64,000 nt of DNA from a bacterium. Its GTDB lineage: Bacteria > Hydrothermota > 32-111. The stretch covers positions 19,465 through 83,464 of the forward strand of contig JAWOBN010000073.1 in NCBI GenBank assembly GCA_046484245.1. Reading direction: 5' to 3'. Every line of letters starts with the position of its first letter. Position 1 is the first letter of the stretch. The notes under the pieces were generated by a model. The model was not told the DNA's origin. It worked only from the letters and a program-made list of their open reading frames with translations, and did no database searches. Below are positions 9,088 through 19,172 of this stretch, piece after piece. The translations under genes and the position numbers were made by a program.

Positions 9088-10476
9088 ATGAAGAAAATAT
9101 TTGCAATAAGCGGAATATTTGTGTATGTATTCTTGATTGCACAGTGGACCGGGCCATTCCGTATAGGAGGCTATGCGTCTTCATTTTTCCCGCCTGTTAT
9201 GCTTAATTCATTTGTTTCCGACAATAATGGCAACAGCTACCTTGTCTGGCATGATAATTCTGCGGATTTCTATTTTAATATATCAATGAAAGAGTATGAC
9301 GGCAGTGCTTGGCAGCCGGGCCAGCGCATTGATGATCCGCTCAATGGACAGGGTGATTACGGGCTCTCTTGGATGCCCTCCATTTCCGTTTCGCCTGACG
9401 GCAAATACCTCATAGCATGGGAGGATTACAGGACAGGCAATTTTGAAATACACTCCAAGTACTATAATGGTTTGGATATACCTTCGCAGATACAGGTCAC
9501 AAGCGACTCATCATATTGCTGGTATCCCAAACTGCTCTATGGAGCAGGTGCTCATCATCTTTTCTATATCAGCAATAAGACAGGGTATTTCAATATCTAT
9601 CATTCAATTTTTGATTCCTCCTGGCAGACAGCAAAGCGTATTACTGATATGAATTTCAATATTCTGGATTTTCATTATACCGTCAATGCGGATTCGTCCA
9701 TTGATCTGGTTTTTACAGTTCAGAACGGGAATTATGCCAATCTCTATGGAGTATCCTATGACGGCAGTGTATGGGGCAATGCAGTGCCTCTTATTGAAGA
9801 GGACTACAATATATATAATCCTGTGATACTCACCGGTGACACAATGAGTATTATCATATTCAAATCAGAGGAAGAGGGTATAAGCAGGATAATGGGCATG
9901 AAGAATAATGGCTTGACTCCCGGCAATCCTGTTCCCCTGTCCGATAATTACTCCAATGCAATGTATCCTTCAGGATTTACTGCAGACAGCACTGTCTATC
10001 TCTATTATGTGTCTGATGAGAGTCCCACAGGTATATTTAAAGAGAGACAGTTTAAAGTGTCGGATATGAGCATGATAAGTGATACAGATCTTCTCAAGGA
10101 AAAGGGAGGAGAGATTTACTATCCCCAGTCAACAATCAATTCTTCCGGTGATATTGTCATTGCCTTTATGTGTGCAGATACAATACACTCTACAACACCC
10201 AATACTGTGTACTATATGAAGTACAGCAATGCCAAGAAGAGTAAAACAACTCAAAAGCCCTATGTTTACAATGAAAGGTCAGGCAAACTGATTTTTGACA
10301 ATGATGATATGTACAATATACGGATTATTTCCAAGACAGGAAGAATCATTATGGAACAATCCGGTATAACGGAAATATTTGAATTAAAAAAATATGGTAT
10401 CAACAGGGATATTTATTTTATGATAATATCAGACAATAAAAACCGATTCACTGAGAAAATACTATGGTTAGATTGA
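9088..10476 (+). CDS. Secreted hypothetical protein (signal peptide; beta-rich, possibly propeller-like)
   Basis: 462 aa with an N-terminal signal/anchor (MKKIFAISGIFVYVFLIAQ) and aromatic-rich repeats (YLVWHDN, YLIAWEDY). It overlaps the downstream giant protease gene by 13 nt, which suggests an operon. Confidence 0.55.
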   Translation: MKKIFAISGIFVYVFLIAQWTGPFRIGGYASSFFPPVMLNSFVSDNNGNSYLVWHDNSADFYFNISMKEYDGSAWQPGQRIDDPLNGQGDYGLSWMPSISVSPDGKYLIAWEDYRTGNFEIHSKYYNGLDIPSQIQVTSDSSYCWYPKLLYGAGAHHLFYISNKTGYFNIYHSIFDSSWQTAKRITDMNFNILDFHYTVNADSSIDLVFTVQNGNYANLYGVSYDGSVWGNAVPLIEEDYNIYNPVILTGDTMSIIIFKSEEEGISRIMGMKNNGLTPGNPVPLSDNYSNAMYPSGFTADSTVYLYYVSDESPTGIFKERQFKVSDMSMISDTDLLKEKGGEIYYPQSTINSSGDIVIAFMCADTIHSTTPNTVYYMKYSNAKKSKTTQKPYVYNERSGKLIFDNDDMYNIRIISKTGRIIMEQSGITEIFELKKYGINRDIYFMIISDNKNRFTEKILWLD

Positions 10477-13400
10477 TCAAGATATTCATACTGATATTGA
10501 TTATATTCACAAGTATTTGGCTTTTGGGTGATTTCCGGCTCTCTGATGAAGACGGCAGTATGACTGTTGTCTATACACCGGGGCCTGATTCATCGGGAAC
10601 AGGCATATTGCTGCCGCCCGGTGATGATTATTCAATTGATGTTAATCCGCAGTATCTCTATAGCAGTATCTCAGGGCGTGACATATGGTTTCAGGATTAT
10701 CATATACTGATGCTCCCTGCCTTGAATGAGAGGTATCAGGTTACTGTCAGGTACACAAAGGCATTACCTCAAGGGAGAATCATAAAACCGCACAATGAAA
10801 TAGCAAGGGGCCTTGAACATGCTGTTCTTAACAAGGGGCATATAGATAAATTCATTGAGGGCAGGAAGCCTGTCCCGGTCAATAATGCCAAGTCATCCGG
10901 GGAACCCATTGTTAAATTCACTGTGGATTCCACAGGATACTACAGGATATTCTATTCACAGATTCAAACCCATTCTCCCATTGACCTGCAGACAATTGAC
11001 CCGGATCTGATTCAGTTGTTCTGCAATGGGAATGAAATAGCAATCAATATAACCGGTGACAGCGACTCTGTATTCGGTCCGGGAGATTATATTGAATTTG
11101 CAGGTCACAGAAAGTACGGGGAAAACACATATTATGACAGGTACAATTTCAACAGGAATATCTACATACTTCATATAAACGGCAATACAGGGGCAAGGTA
11201 TATTATTGATAATCAGGCAGTACCGGACAGTCTGGTAAAGGATACAGTAGAGACAGCTATGAAAACACTGCATATTGAAAAGGACAGTATGTTCTACAGA
11301 TTGACGACATCAGACGCAGATACCAATGATTTCTGGTATGACAGTTATATTGTTGACCCGCAGGATTATGAGTTTAATGTCTATTTGAAAGACAGGTCAC
11401 AGTTATCGGACATTATTTCCTTCAGCACCCGGCTGCACGGTGTATCCCATCTCGGCATCAATCCGGATCATCCGACGGATATTTATATAAATAACTCCCT
11501 GATTGCTTCAGTAAACTGGAATGATCAGACACCCTATCTGTATGAGAATGATTCAGTATCAGTATCATCCCCAACACTCACTGTGCGCCTGCAGGCAAAC
11601 AGTGTCCCGGGAGATACATCAACAGGTGACTCAACCCTTTTCAATGCAATTCTCTTTGACTGGGCGGAGATATCCTATCTCTCTGAACTGAGGGCTGAAA
11701 ACGGCAGATGCATATTCTCCCCTGACAAGGAATACGGATACGGTTATTTCCAGTTCAATATAGGGGGATTCTCATCAGGTGATATTGTTATTGTAAAGAA
11801 TAATATGACGATTATAACAGATTATACTGTCTCCTATGATTCACTGAACAATTCCTATACAGTATTATTCAAAGACAGGGTCATGAGCCCCGGTATTGAG
11901 TATTTTGTCTATGAAAATCCGTCAGTGGACACGCCCCTAAAAATAGAGAGTGTGATTGATTCCAATCTCGCAAATGCAGGCAATAGAGGCAATACTGTTA
12001 TTATTGTACCTCAGGGTCTCAAGAGTGAAATGAATGGTATTGACCAGTTGATTGACGGGGATGTCTATATTGCAGGCACCCAGGAGATATACAATGAATT
12101 CTCACACGGTTTTGTATCCCCTGACGGTATCAGGGATTTCCTGAGAACTGCATATTATAACTGGGAGATACCCCCGATGTTTGTACTGCTTGCAGGTGAT
12201 GGTTCAAGGGACTGCAATAATCACAAGGAGATGAGAGAGCATTATATTCCCAATACCTATGTGTATGGCCTGACCGATTTCGGATATGCGCCTTCGGATA
12301 ATTATTATGCAAGAATAGTGGGGGATGATGTAATTGAAGATATAGGTGTGTCAAGATTTCCTGCAAGAAACAGTAATGACATAGAAACACTCAAAGCCAA
12401 GATAGTCAATTACTCTGATTCAAGGAATCAGGGGACACATTTTCTGCGCAGCATTATTGCCTATGATACTGTTGATTACATAAGATCCGAATATGATTCC
12501 AGAGAACTGGCTGAAATGCTGCCCCATTACCTGTATCGTGAATACATGCATACATTCCAGGACTGGAGCACTGATTTTCTCTATGAACTGGATCAGGGCG
12601 CCTCTATTGTCAATGTGATGTCTCACGGTGCTGCCCAGATGATAGGTTACGGTATGTTCTTAAGGAAATATGATGTTCTGCGATTGAAGAATATCAACAG
12701 AATGCCTTTTTTCACAGTTTATTCATGCAATACAGCTGAATATGATTATATTGACCCGGATTCACTGTCAATAGGAGAAGCTTATATGCTTGCTCCCCAT
12801 GGGGGTGCAATAGGGTATTACGGTTCTTCCGGCACTTCAGAAGCAGGCAGGAATGCAGTATTGTCAAAGTCCGTTTTCAAGCAGTTCACCCAGAGGGATA
12901 TATTCAATATGAGCAATATTGTGCGCCTCGGTGAACTGGATTACTTCTTCAAATCAAATCAGGATCCCAATGATCCTCATAATTACAGGTCCAGGGATAT
13001 TATCAATTATAATCTTTTCGGAATGGGATTCATGGATTTGAGGATTCCACCGATGTCATCTTCTCAACTCCAGATGTCATCCTATGAATTGTCTCCCGGT
13101 GACACACTGACTGTTCAGTACAGTGATTCTGCTGTATATCACGGCAATATGGAATCAATTATAATCAATTCGGATGATTATCCTGTTGTGAAGAATCATG
13201 CGGGGATAATCAATGGTACTGGTGAAAACTCCATGATCATACCTGATTCTGTGGAGACAGGCAATCTCCGGCTCTTTACAATTGCATATAATCCCGATAC
13301 AGCCATTATGTATGAATCCTATCCCTCAATCGGCAATATCGGCATTAAGCTTTTCGGACTTACACCGGAAAGCCCTGATACAAATGAATTATTCAGGGTC

Positions 13401-14951
13401 TTTGCCCGTGTCAATGATACAGTTATGCTTCAGTCAATGTCAGCTTTTCTCAAGAGGGATTATGAAAGCGTGTATCAGGATTATCCAATGGAATATAATA
13501 CAAATAATGTCAATAATTTCCTCTCAGATGAGATAAATCAATTAGCCCCCAGAGATAATGATTACAGTATATACTACTATGTGTCACTAACTGATACTGA
13601 GGGCAATATCTATACAACAGGCAGAAAGTCCTATTTTGTCAAATCCCTCCCTGACATTATGATTGATACATCGGATATTGAATTACTGTCAGTCAACAGG
13701 GAACCGTTTCTCTCTGCACTTGTTCTCAACTACAAGGAGTATCAGCTGAGCAATGTAAGATTTGATGCATATGCTGCAGATAATGCTGATACCTCAATGA
13801 TCGCTTTTTTATATAAGGATATTGCAGGTCAAAGAGACAGCCTTAATTTCAAAATTGAAGAGAATATCTATATCAATGACTTCCTGGTATTTGCAGATTC
13901 AGACAGTACTGTTCATGAAACGAATGAGGCAAATAATATATTCATGATTGATTCAATGAATCTGCTGATAAAATTGATTGACGGAGCATTGAGTGATTCA
14001 TTCTTCGGATTCTACGGTTCCAGCTGGCTTATAGGGGATAAAATGAGTCATCTCGGTTCCTTTATTGCATTTACAACAGACAGCATATTCCCGGACAGTA
14101 TTGTCAGCCCGCATGCAGTATCAGGTTATCCGGAACCATTCCAGTATGATGTGTTTAATGGTGATACCCAGGACATTGAGCTTTCAATGTTTCTGGATAA
14201 TCCGCCTGATGATGCTTCACTTGTCGGCCTGATGCGGTATAATGAGGCATACGGGGGTTATGAACTCATAAGCAGTAGTGTCAATGATACTCTCAGTATA
14301 ATTGCCAAGCCGGGGCATAATAAATACATTCTTGGTGAGCATTCTGATTCCACTGCTCCATCCATCCAGATATTCATTGAAAACAGGGAGTTCAGTGACA
14401 ATATCCTGCTCAGCAAGTACTGTGAGCTCTCAGTTGTAATTGAGGATAATGCCAATATTGATACGGAAAGTATTGTACTTCACTTGAATGATGATACACT
14501 CAAGCAGGATGAATATTCATTGAACTTAAGCAATAATGGCAGGAATGCATCCATCCGCATTAAAAAGGAATTGTCTGACGGTATGTACACCTTCACAGCA
14601 CAGGCATCCGACATATATAATAATACATCATCCCAGTCACTTGAATTCAGGGTGGAACAGTCATTTCTCATATCACGGTCAGGCAGTTTTCCCAATCCGG
14701 CATCAGGCAATAATGTGGTTTTTGCATGCAGGTTAACCCGGGAGGCAGCAGATATGGAGATACATATATTCAATTCATCGGGAAGAAGAATTGACAAGAT
14801 CTCAATGGGTCCTGTTGATGGACCAATTGTGTCATACAGATATGATGTATCAATGTATCCCAATGGCACATATTACTATTATTTCAAAGCAGCTGACGGG
14901 GATAATAAACAGATCAGGTCAAAAACCGGCAAGATGAGTGTTTTAAGATGA
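10464..14951 (+). CDS. Giant secreted peptidase, C25 (gingipain)-like catalytic domain, with a C-terminal T9SS sorting domain
   Basis: 1495 aa with an N-terminal signal anchor. The catalytic dyad is His-Gly (VMSHGAAQMIGYG) followed by Cys (FFTVYSCNTAEYD), with spacing and context as in clan CD C25 peptidases. The C-terminal roughly 90 aa (FPNPASGNNVVFACRL...YYYFKAADG...KMSVLR) resembles a Por-secretion tail. Confidence 0.6.
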   Translation: MVRLIKIFILILIIFTSIWLLGDFRLSDEDGSMTVVYTPGPDSSGTGILLPPGDDYSIDVNPQYLYSSISGRDIWFQDYHILMLPALNERYQVTVRYTKALPQGRIIKPHNEIARGLEHAVLNKGHIDKFIEGRKPVPVNNAKSSGEPIVKFTVDSTGYYRIFYSQIQTHSPIDLQTIDPDLIQLFCNGNEIAINITGDSDSVFGPGDYIEFAGHRKYGENTYYDRYNFNRNIYILHINGNTGARYIIDNQAVPDSLVKDTVETAMKTLHIEKDSMFYRLTTSDADTNDFWYDSYIVDPQDYEFNVYLKDRSQLSDIISFSTRLHGVSHLGINPDHPTDIYINNSLIASVNWNDQTPYLYENDSVSVSSPTLTVRLQANSVPGDTSTGDSTLFNAILFDWAEISYLSELRAENGRCIFSPDKEYGYGYFQFNIGGFSSGDIVIVKNNMTIITDYTVSYDSLNNSYTVLFKDRVMSPGIEYFVYENPSVDTPLKIESVIDSNLANAGNRGNTVIIVPQGLKSEMNGIDQLIDGDVYIAGTQEIYNEFSHGFVSPDGIRDFLRTAYYNWEIPPMFVLLAGDGSRDCNNHKEMREHYIPNTYVYGLTDFGYAPSDNYYARIVGDDVIEDIGVSRFPARNSNDIETLKAKIVNYSDSRNQGTHFLRSIIAYDTVDYIRSEYDSRELAEMLPHYLYREYMHTFQDWSTDFLYELDQGASIVNVMSHGAAQMIGYGMFLRKYDVLRLKNINRMPFFTVYSCNTAEYDYIDPDSLSIGEAYMLAPHGGAIGYYGSSGTSEAGRNAVLSKSVFKQFTQRDIFNMSNIVRLGELDYFFKSNQDPNDPHNYRSRDIINYNLFGMGFMDLRIPPMSSSQLQMSSYELSPGDTLTVQYSDSAVYHGNMESIIINSDDYPVVKNHAGIINGTGENSMIIPDSVETGNLRLFTIAYNPDTAIMYESYPSIGNIGIKLFGLTPESPDTNELFRVFARVNDTVMLQSMSAFLKRDYESVYQDYPMEYNTNNVNNFLSDEINQLAPRDNDYSIYYYVSLTDTEGNIYTTGRKSYFVKSLPDIMIDTSDIELLSVNREPFLSALVLNYKEYQLSNVRFDAYAADNADTSMIAFLYKDIAGQRDSLNFKIEENIYINDFLVFADSDSTVHETNEANNIFMIDSMNLLIKLIDGALSDSFFGFYGSSWLIGDKMSHLGSFIAFTTDSIFPDSIVSPHAVSGYPEPFQYDVFNGDTQDIELSMFLDNPPDDASLVGLMRYNEAYGGYELISSSVNDTLSIIAKPGHNKYILGEHSDSTAPSIQIFIENREFSDNILLSKYCELSVVIEDNANIDTESIVLHLNDDTLKQDEYSLNLSNNGRNASIRIKKELSDGMYTFTAQASDIYNNTSSQSLEFRVEQSFLISRSGSFPNPASGNNVVFACRLTREAADMEIHIFNSSGRRIDKISMGPVDGPIVSYRYDVSMYPNGTYYYYFKAADGDNKQIRSKTGKMSVLR

Positions 14952-15925
14952 AGAGAATATTATTGCTCTTATCACTGATTCTCTTTATTACGGGTCTTTA
15001 CCCGGATACTGAAGGGATACTGGAAATATATCCCACTTCAGCAGGCATGGCAATGTCAGGCAATACAATAAGCAGTGAATTTGCCGGATACGGTGTATTC
15101 TTCTACAACCCTGCATTGAGACATAAAGATCATTCAATGAGCATATACTATGAGCACAAATTCCTCACAGGGAATCTGTCTCAGTACAATTCAGCCTTTA
15201 TTACACTGCCTTCAATCAAGAATATCAATGCACAGATAGGTTATCTAAATCAAATTATAGGGGATATACCTGTCTATCCAGAATTCCCCACAGATGTGGA
15301 TTCTGTTGATTTTGACCCTCTGGGGTATTTTTCCGACAATGCCAATATCATTCTTTTCAATATAGGGTATGACCTTGATCCCGGAGAGTACAGTGTATAT
15401 GACATTAGTGCAGGATTCAATATCAAATATATCTATCATAGGATTTATGACTATACGGGACAGGGATCTTCTATTGATGCCGGCAGCATAGTGAGATTGT
15501 ATCCCGGCCGTTTCACCTCTAAAATAGGAGGTGTGATAAAATGGTCATTAGTTGTGAAAAACCCCGGCGGCCTGTCAGTAAAATGGGACACCCCGTCAGC
15601 AACAGTCAATAGAAGAAACATGAATATTTTTACAGGACTGGGTTATTCCAATGAGATAAGAATGATTGATTCGGAGGTTTACACTGAAGTCAATTATTCA
15701 ACTGCAGAGAATGCTATGCTGGGTATATCAGGCGGTTTGACATTCCGTCAATTCATCAGTGTTTATTCCGGATTGAATATAAGAAAGGATTATTCGGATG
15801 ATTATGCCATATCCGCCCCGGGTGGAGGAATCAGTATAAGCACTATCGGATTTGATGTCTATTATTCTATATCAGGTTCGGATCTGGGAATGAATCACTC
15901 AATCGGAATTGGCTATTCACTATGA
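14948..15925 (+). CDS. Outer-membrane beta-barrel protein, possibly T9SS-associated (PorP/SprF- or PorQ-like)
   Basis: 325 aa with a signal peptide (MKRILLLLSLILFITG), alternating amphipathic beta-strands and a C-terminal aromatic-rich barrel closure (IGIGYSL). It overlaps the upstream T9SS cargo gene by 4 nt. Confidence 0.45.
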   Translation: MKRILLLLSLILFITGLYPDTEGILEIYPTSAGMAMSGNTISSEFAGYGVFFYNPALRHKDHSMSIYYEHKFLTGNLSQYNSAFITLPSIKNINAQIGYLNQIIGDIPVYPEFPTDVDSVDFDPLGYFSDNANIILFNIGYDLDPGEYSVYDISAGFNIKYIYHRIYDYTGQGSSIDAGSIVRLYPGRFTSKIGGVIKWSLVVKNPGGLSVKWDTPSATVNRRNMNIFTGLGYSNEIRMIDSEVYTEVNYSTAENAMLGISGGLTFRQFISVYSGLNIRKDYSDDYAISAPGGGISISTIGFDVYYSISGSDLGMNHSIGIGYSL

Positions 15926-16914
15926 ACAAACAGATGAATGATAAGCTGATAGTGATTGCAGGCAATAATCCCGATGAGGCAAAACCCCTTATCAAAAGGA
16001 TGAAGGAACAGTATATTGACCCCGGTTTTACTGAATTTGATTTCCTGGAAGTTTACGGTGATGATATTGAAATTGAGGAATTGAGCAATACACTGTTGTC
16101 CATTCCCATGGTATCAAGCAGGAGAATTGCAGTAATACTGAAAGGATTCTCTATTACTGATAGCCAGGCAGCTGATATTACACACACAGTAGATGAAATG
16201 CCTGAGTGCAATACATTGATAATAAATTATGCTGATGAAGAATCCACATACTCCTCCAATATGAGAGAAGCAGCCGGAATGTTCCCCGATGCGCGCTTTG
16301 TGAAGACATACAGGCAGGACACAGTGGACGAGGGATTTGTGCGCAGAGCAATGAATGCAGAAGGAATAGAACTCTCCAATGACAGTATTGAAACCATTAT
16401 GCATATATCAGACGGTGACCGCATAATAGCTGATAATCTTATCAAGATAGCCTGGATGGTAAACAGCAATGATACATTCAGACGGATTGTGGATGATAAG
16501 ACAACATTTGATTCTGCTCCATTCATGCATTATGATTTCCTCAGCAGTTTTTTCCTCAAAAACCCAAATAGATGCTTTACATTTTACAGAAAACTTGTAA
16601 AATGGAATGTGCTGGATGAGGACAGGATAGTCATGATGCTTCTTTCCAATATCAAGAAGACCATGACTCTCAAGTTTAATTATGAAACAATAGATAAGGA
16701 AAGTATTGATTTGACAATACCGGTGAAGAACAAGAGTTCCGGGAAATACTCCCAGCTGAGAAGAGAAAAGGAAATCATTCTCAGCAAATGGGGCATGGAT
16801 GAACTGCAGCATGCATACTGCAGAATATATGATGTGCTGAGAAAGTTCAGGACAATACCGAAGAAATTTGCAATTCTGAATTTTGAAGAAACATTAATTG
16901 ATATATTAAATTAG
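15922..16914 (+). CDS. holA: DNA polymerase III delta subunit-like protein
   Basis: 330 aa. The N-terminus (LIVIAGNNPDEAKPLIKRM...EFDFLEVYGDD...EELSNTLLSIPMVSSRRIAVILKGF) follows the HolA pattern. Not verified by search. Confidence 0.5.
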   Translation: MNKQMNDKLIVIAGNNPDEAKPLIKRMKEQYIDPGFTEFDFLEVYGDDIEIEELSNTLLSIPMVSSRRIAVILKGFSITDSQAADITHTVDEMPECNTLIINYADEESTYSSNMREAAGMFPDARFVKTYRQDTVDEGFVRRAMNAEGIELSNDSIETIMHISDGDRIIADNLIKIAWMVNSNDTFRRIVDDKTTFDSAPFMHYDFLSSFFLKNPNRCFTFYRKLVKWNVLDEDRIVMMLLSNIKKTMTLKFNYETIDKESIDLTIPVKNKSSGKYSQLRREKEIILSKWGMDELQHAYCRIYDVLRKFRTIPKKFAILNFEETLIDILN

Positions 16915-16923
16915 GGGGCAAGT

Positions 16924-17805
16924 ATGGATTTTAAACAATTGATGCAGGAGAAACAGGATATAGAGAATAAAATCCGTAAACTGGAGAATATGAAGCAGGA
17001 CATAAAACCTCAGGTTTATGAGAAGATCAAGAGTGATTATAATGACAGACTCAATGACCTTGAGAATAATATCAAACAGAATACTGAAGCGATTATGCAG
17101 GAGAAAGCCAATATTGAGCATGAGATTGAGGAACTGGACAATTTGTCGGAAGAGCTTGAGACAGAATTGCAGGAGATAAGGGTAAGGATACAGCTTGGTG
17201 AATACAGTGAGGAAGAATATACAGATAAACTGAAAGAGAAAGAAGAAAAACTCAATGACTATAAATTACGCAGGGATCAGCTCACAATCAAGCTCAATGA
17301 ATACAGTATGATAATTGAGCAGGAAGGGGTGCCGGATGAAGATAATGAAATTCCCGAGGATGCCTCTGCTGCTATTATGCCGGAAGAAGATAAAACCGAA
17401 GAAACAGAAGAATTGGAAGAGAGTATTCCCGATATTGCAGAGCAGACTGCAGATGAGGATCAGCTTGGAGCAGAGCCGGTCAGTGATGTGGGCAGTGAGA
17501 TAAGGGAAGAAGAAGATATAAACGAGGATGAAGAAAATCCCCTCAATGACATACTTCAGCCCGCACTGCAGGAGAATGACAATGAGGATGCTGATGAGAG
17601 TGCGGAATACACTGAAGATGACGATAAGGATGAATCAGAGGGAATTGAACCCATAGACACGGGTCTGGACCAGTTCCTTGAAGAGGAGAATGAAGGGGAT
17701 GAAGAAGATAAGACAATGGAGGGCCTGAAGTGTCCAAAATGCGGGCATATCAATGACCCCAACAGTATTACCTGTGAGAAATGCGGAACTGATCTTTTCT
17801 CTTAA
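16924..17805 (+). CDS. Hypothetical coiled-coil, highly acidic protein with a C-terminal zinc ribbon
   Basis: 293 aa: an N-terminal heptad-rich coiled coil, an Asp/Glu-rich low-complexity middle, and a C-terminal CPKCG...CEKCG zinc ribbon. An AGGGGGCA ribosome-binding site lies upstream. Confidence 0.6.
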   Translation: MDFKQLMQEKQDIENKIRKLENMKQDIKPQVYEKIKSDYNDRLNDLENNIKQNTEAIMQEKANIEHEIEELDNLSEELETELQEIRVRIQLGEYSEEEYTDKLKEKEEKLNDYKLRRDQLTIKLNEYSMIIEQEGVPDEDNEIPEDASAAIMPEEDKTEETEELEESIPDIAEQTADEDQLGAEPVSDVGSEIREEEDINEDEENPLNDILQPALQENDNEDADESAEYTEDDDKDESEGIEPIDTGLDQFLEEENEGDEEDKTMEGLKCPKCGHINDPNSITCEKCGTDLFS

Positions 17806-17810
17806 AATGG

Positions 17811-19172
17811 ATGATATCTAAGAAAGCTTCCTTCTATACATTCAGTATTTACATAAATACTGTTCTGGGCGCATTACAGGGAATTGTAGCAGCCCGGCTC
17901 CTTGATCAGTATTACATGGGGTATTTCTCCCAGATCAAGGTAATCCTCTCATATCTGCTCATGATAAATTTCGGCATAATCAATGGATTGCTTATTGTTC
18001 TTCCCAAAGCAGACAAACAGAAGAGGATGGAGTATGTATCAACTGCATTCTGGCTCAGTCTGGGGCTATATGCAGTCGGTGCAGCCGCATTTCTGATTGT
18101 ATTCTTTATCACAGGCGATTATATTCATCTCTATATTGCATTGATATTCCCTATTTACGGAATTAAAGAGGTTCCTGTCTATATAATGAGGGGCAAGGGG
18201 GATTTCCGCAAACTTGCAGTATTGTATATACTGATTTCATCCATCTCTTTTCTATCCATTTCCCTGTTCATATATTTCTTTAAATTCAAGGGCGCATTGG
18301 CAGCACTGGCTTTTAATGTGACTGCCTATCTTGTACTGGGAATTATTACAGGCCGCATTGATATTAAATTTAAGATAATAAAAGACAGGGCTAAGGAATT
18401 ACTGAAGAGAGGCATTTACATTTATCTTATTGAATTCTTCAGATTCATCAAACGGTCAATGGAAAAATTTGTAATGATATTCATTATTTCGCGTGAGGTA
18501 TATGCAGTATATACTGTCGGAATAGTCATGGTGTCATTCTTTGATATTATGCCTTCCACAATCTTCCAGTATCTGCTCCCTGATTTTATTAGGGAGAATA
18601 AGAAATGGTCACTGGAAAAAATGGGCACTATGATATCATTTGTAACAGCAATTATGACTGTGCTGCTTCTTATCGGAATGTATTTATTCACAATACTGGT
18701 ACCGCTTATTATACCGGGTTATGAGCAGTCACTCAGCATATTCTATCTGCTCACGTTTACATCCCTTATCAATATATGGAATTATATTATTTACAATAAA
18801 TTTGTTTCCGAAAACAAGATAAAATATATGTATATATCCCAGTTTACAGGCCTCTTTGTCCTTCTGGGACTTATAGGACTGGGTTATTTTATTTTCAATA
18901 CTGATTTCTCCAATATTATTATTATTGCAGCACTGATTCTTACTGCCCGCTCATCGTATATTGTATCTCTGGTTTTTCTCTTTATAAAAAAGACAAAGAT
19001 CAATATACTGAGCACCTTTTCCTTTCCCATGACAATAATCAGCATATTGACAATAGTGCTGGCAATATACCTTATATATAATTTCATACATATTCTCCCT
19101 ATTGTAATCATTGCTTATATCATTCTATTTTACAGAAGGTTTTTCAGATGGAAAGAACAGTTGACCTCATAG
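17811..19172 (+). CDS. Polysaccharide flippase (Wzx/MOP superfamily)
   Basis: 453 aa with about 12-14 predicted TM helices and a Wzx-like N-terminal region. Located in a glycosyltransferase cluster. Confidence 0.5.
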   Translation: MISKKASFYTFSIYINTVLGALQGIVAARLLDQYYMGYFSQIKVILSYLLMINFGIINGLLIVLPKADKQKRMEYVSTAFWLSLGLYAVGAAAFLIVFFITGDYIHLYIALIFPIYGIKEVPVYIMRGKGDFRKLAVLYILISSISFLSISLFIYFFKFKGALAALAFNVTAYLVLGIITGRIDIKFKIIKDRAKELLKRGIYIYLIEFFRFIKRSMEKFVMIFIISREVYAVYTVGIVMVSFFDIMPSTIFQYLLPDFIRENKKWSLEKMGTMISFVTAIMTVLLLIGMYLFTILVPLIIPGYEQSLSIFYLLTFTSLINIWNYIIYNKFVSENKIKYMYISQFTGLFVLLGLIGLGYFIFNTDFSNIIIIAALILTARSSYIVSLVFLFIKKTKINILSTFSFPMTIISILTIVLAIYLIYNFIHILPIVIIAYIILFYRRFFRWKEQLTS

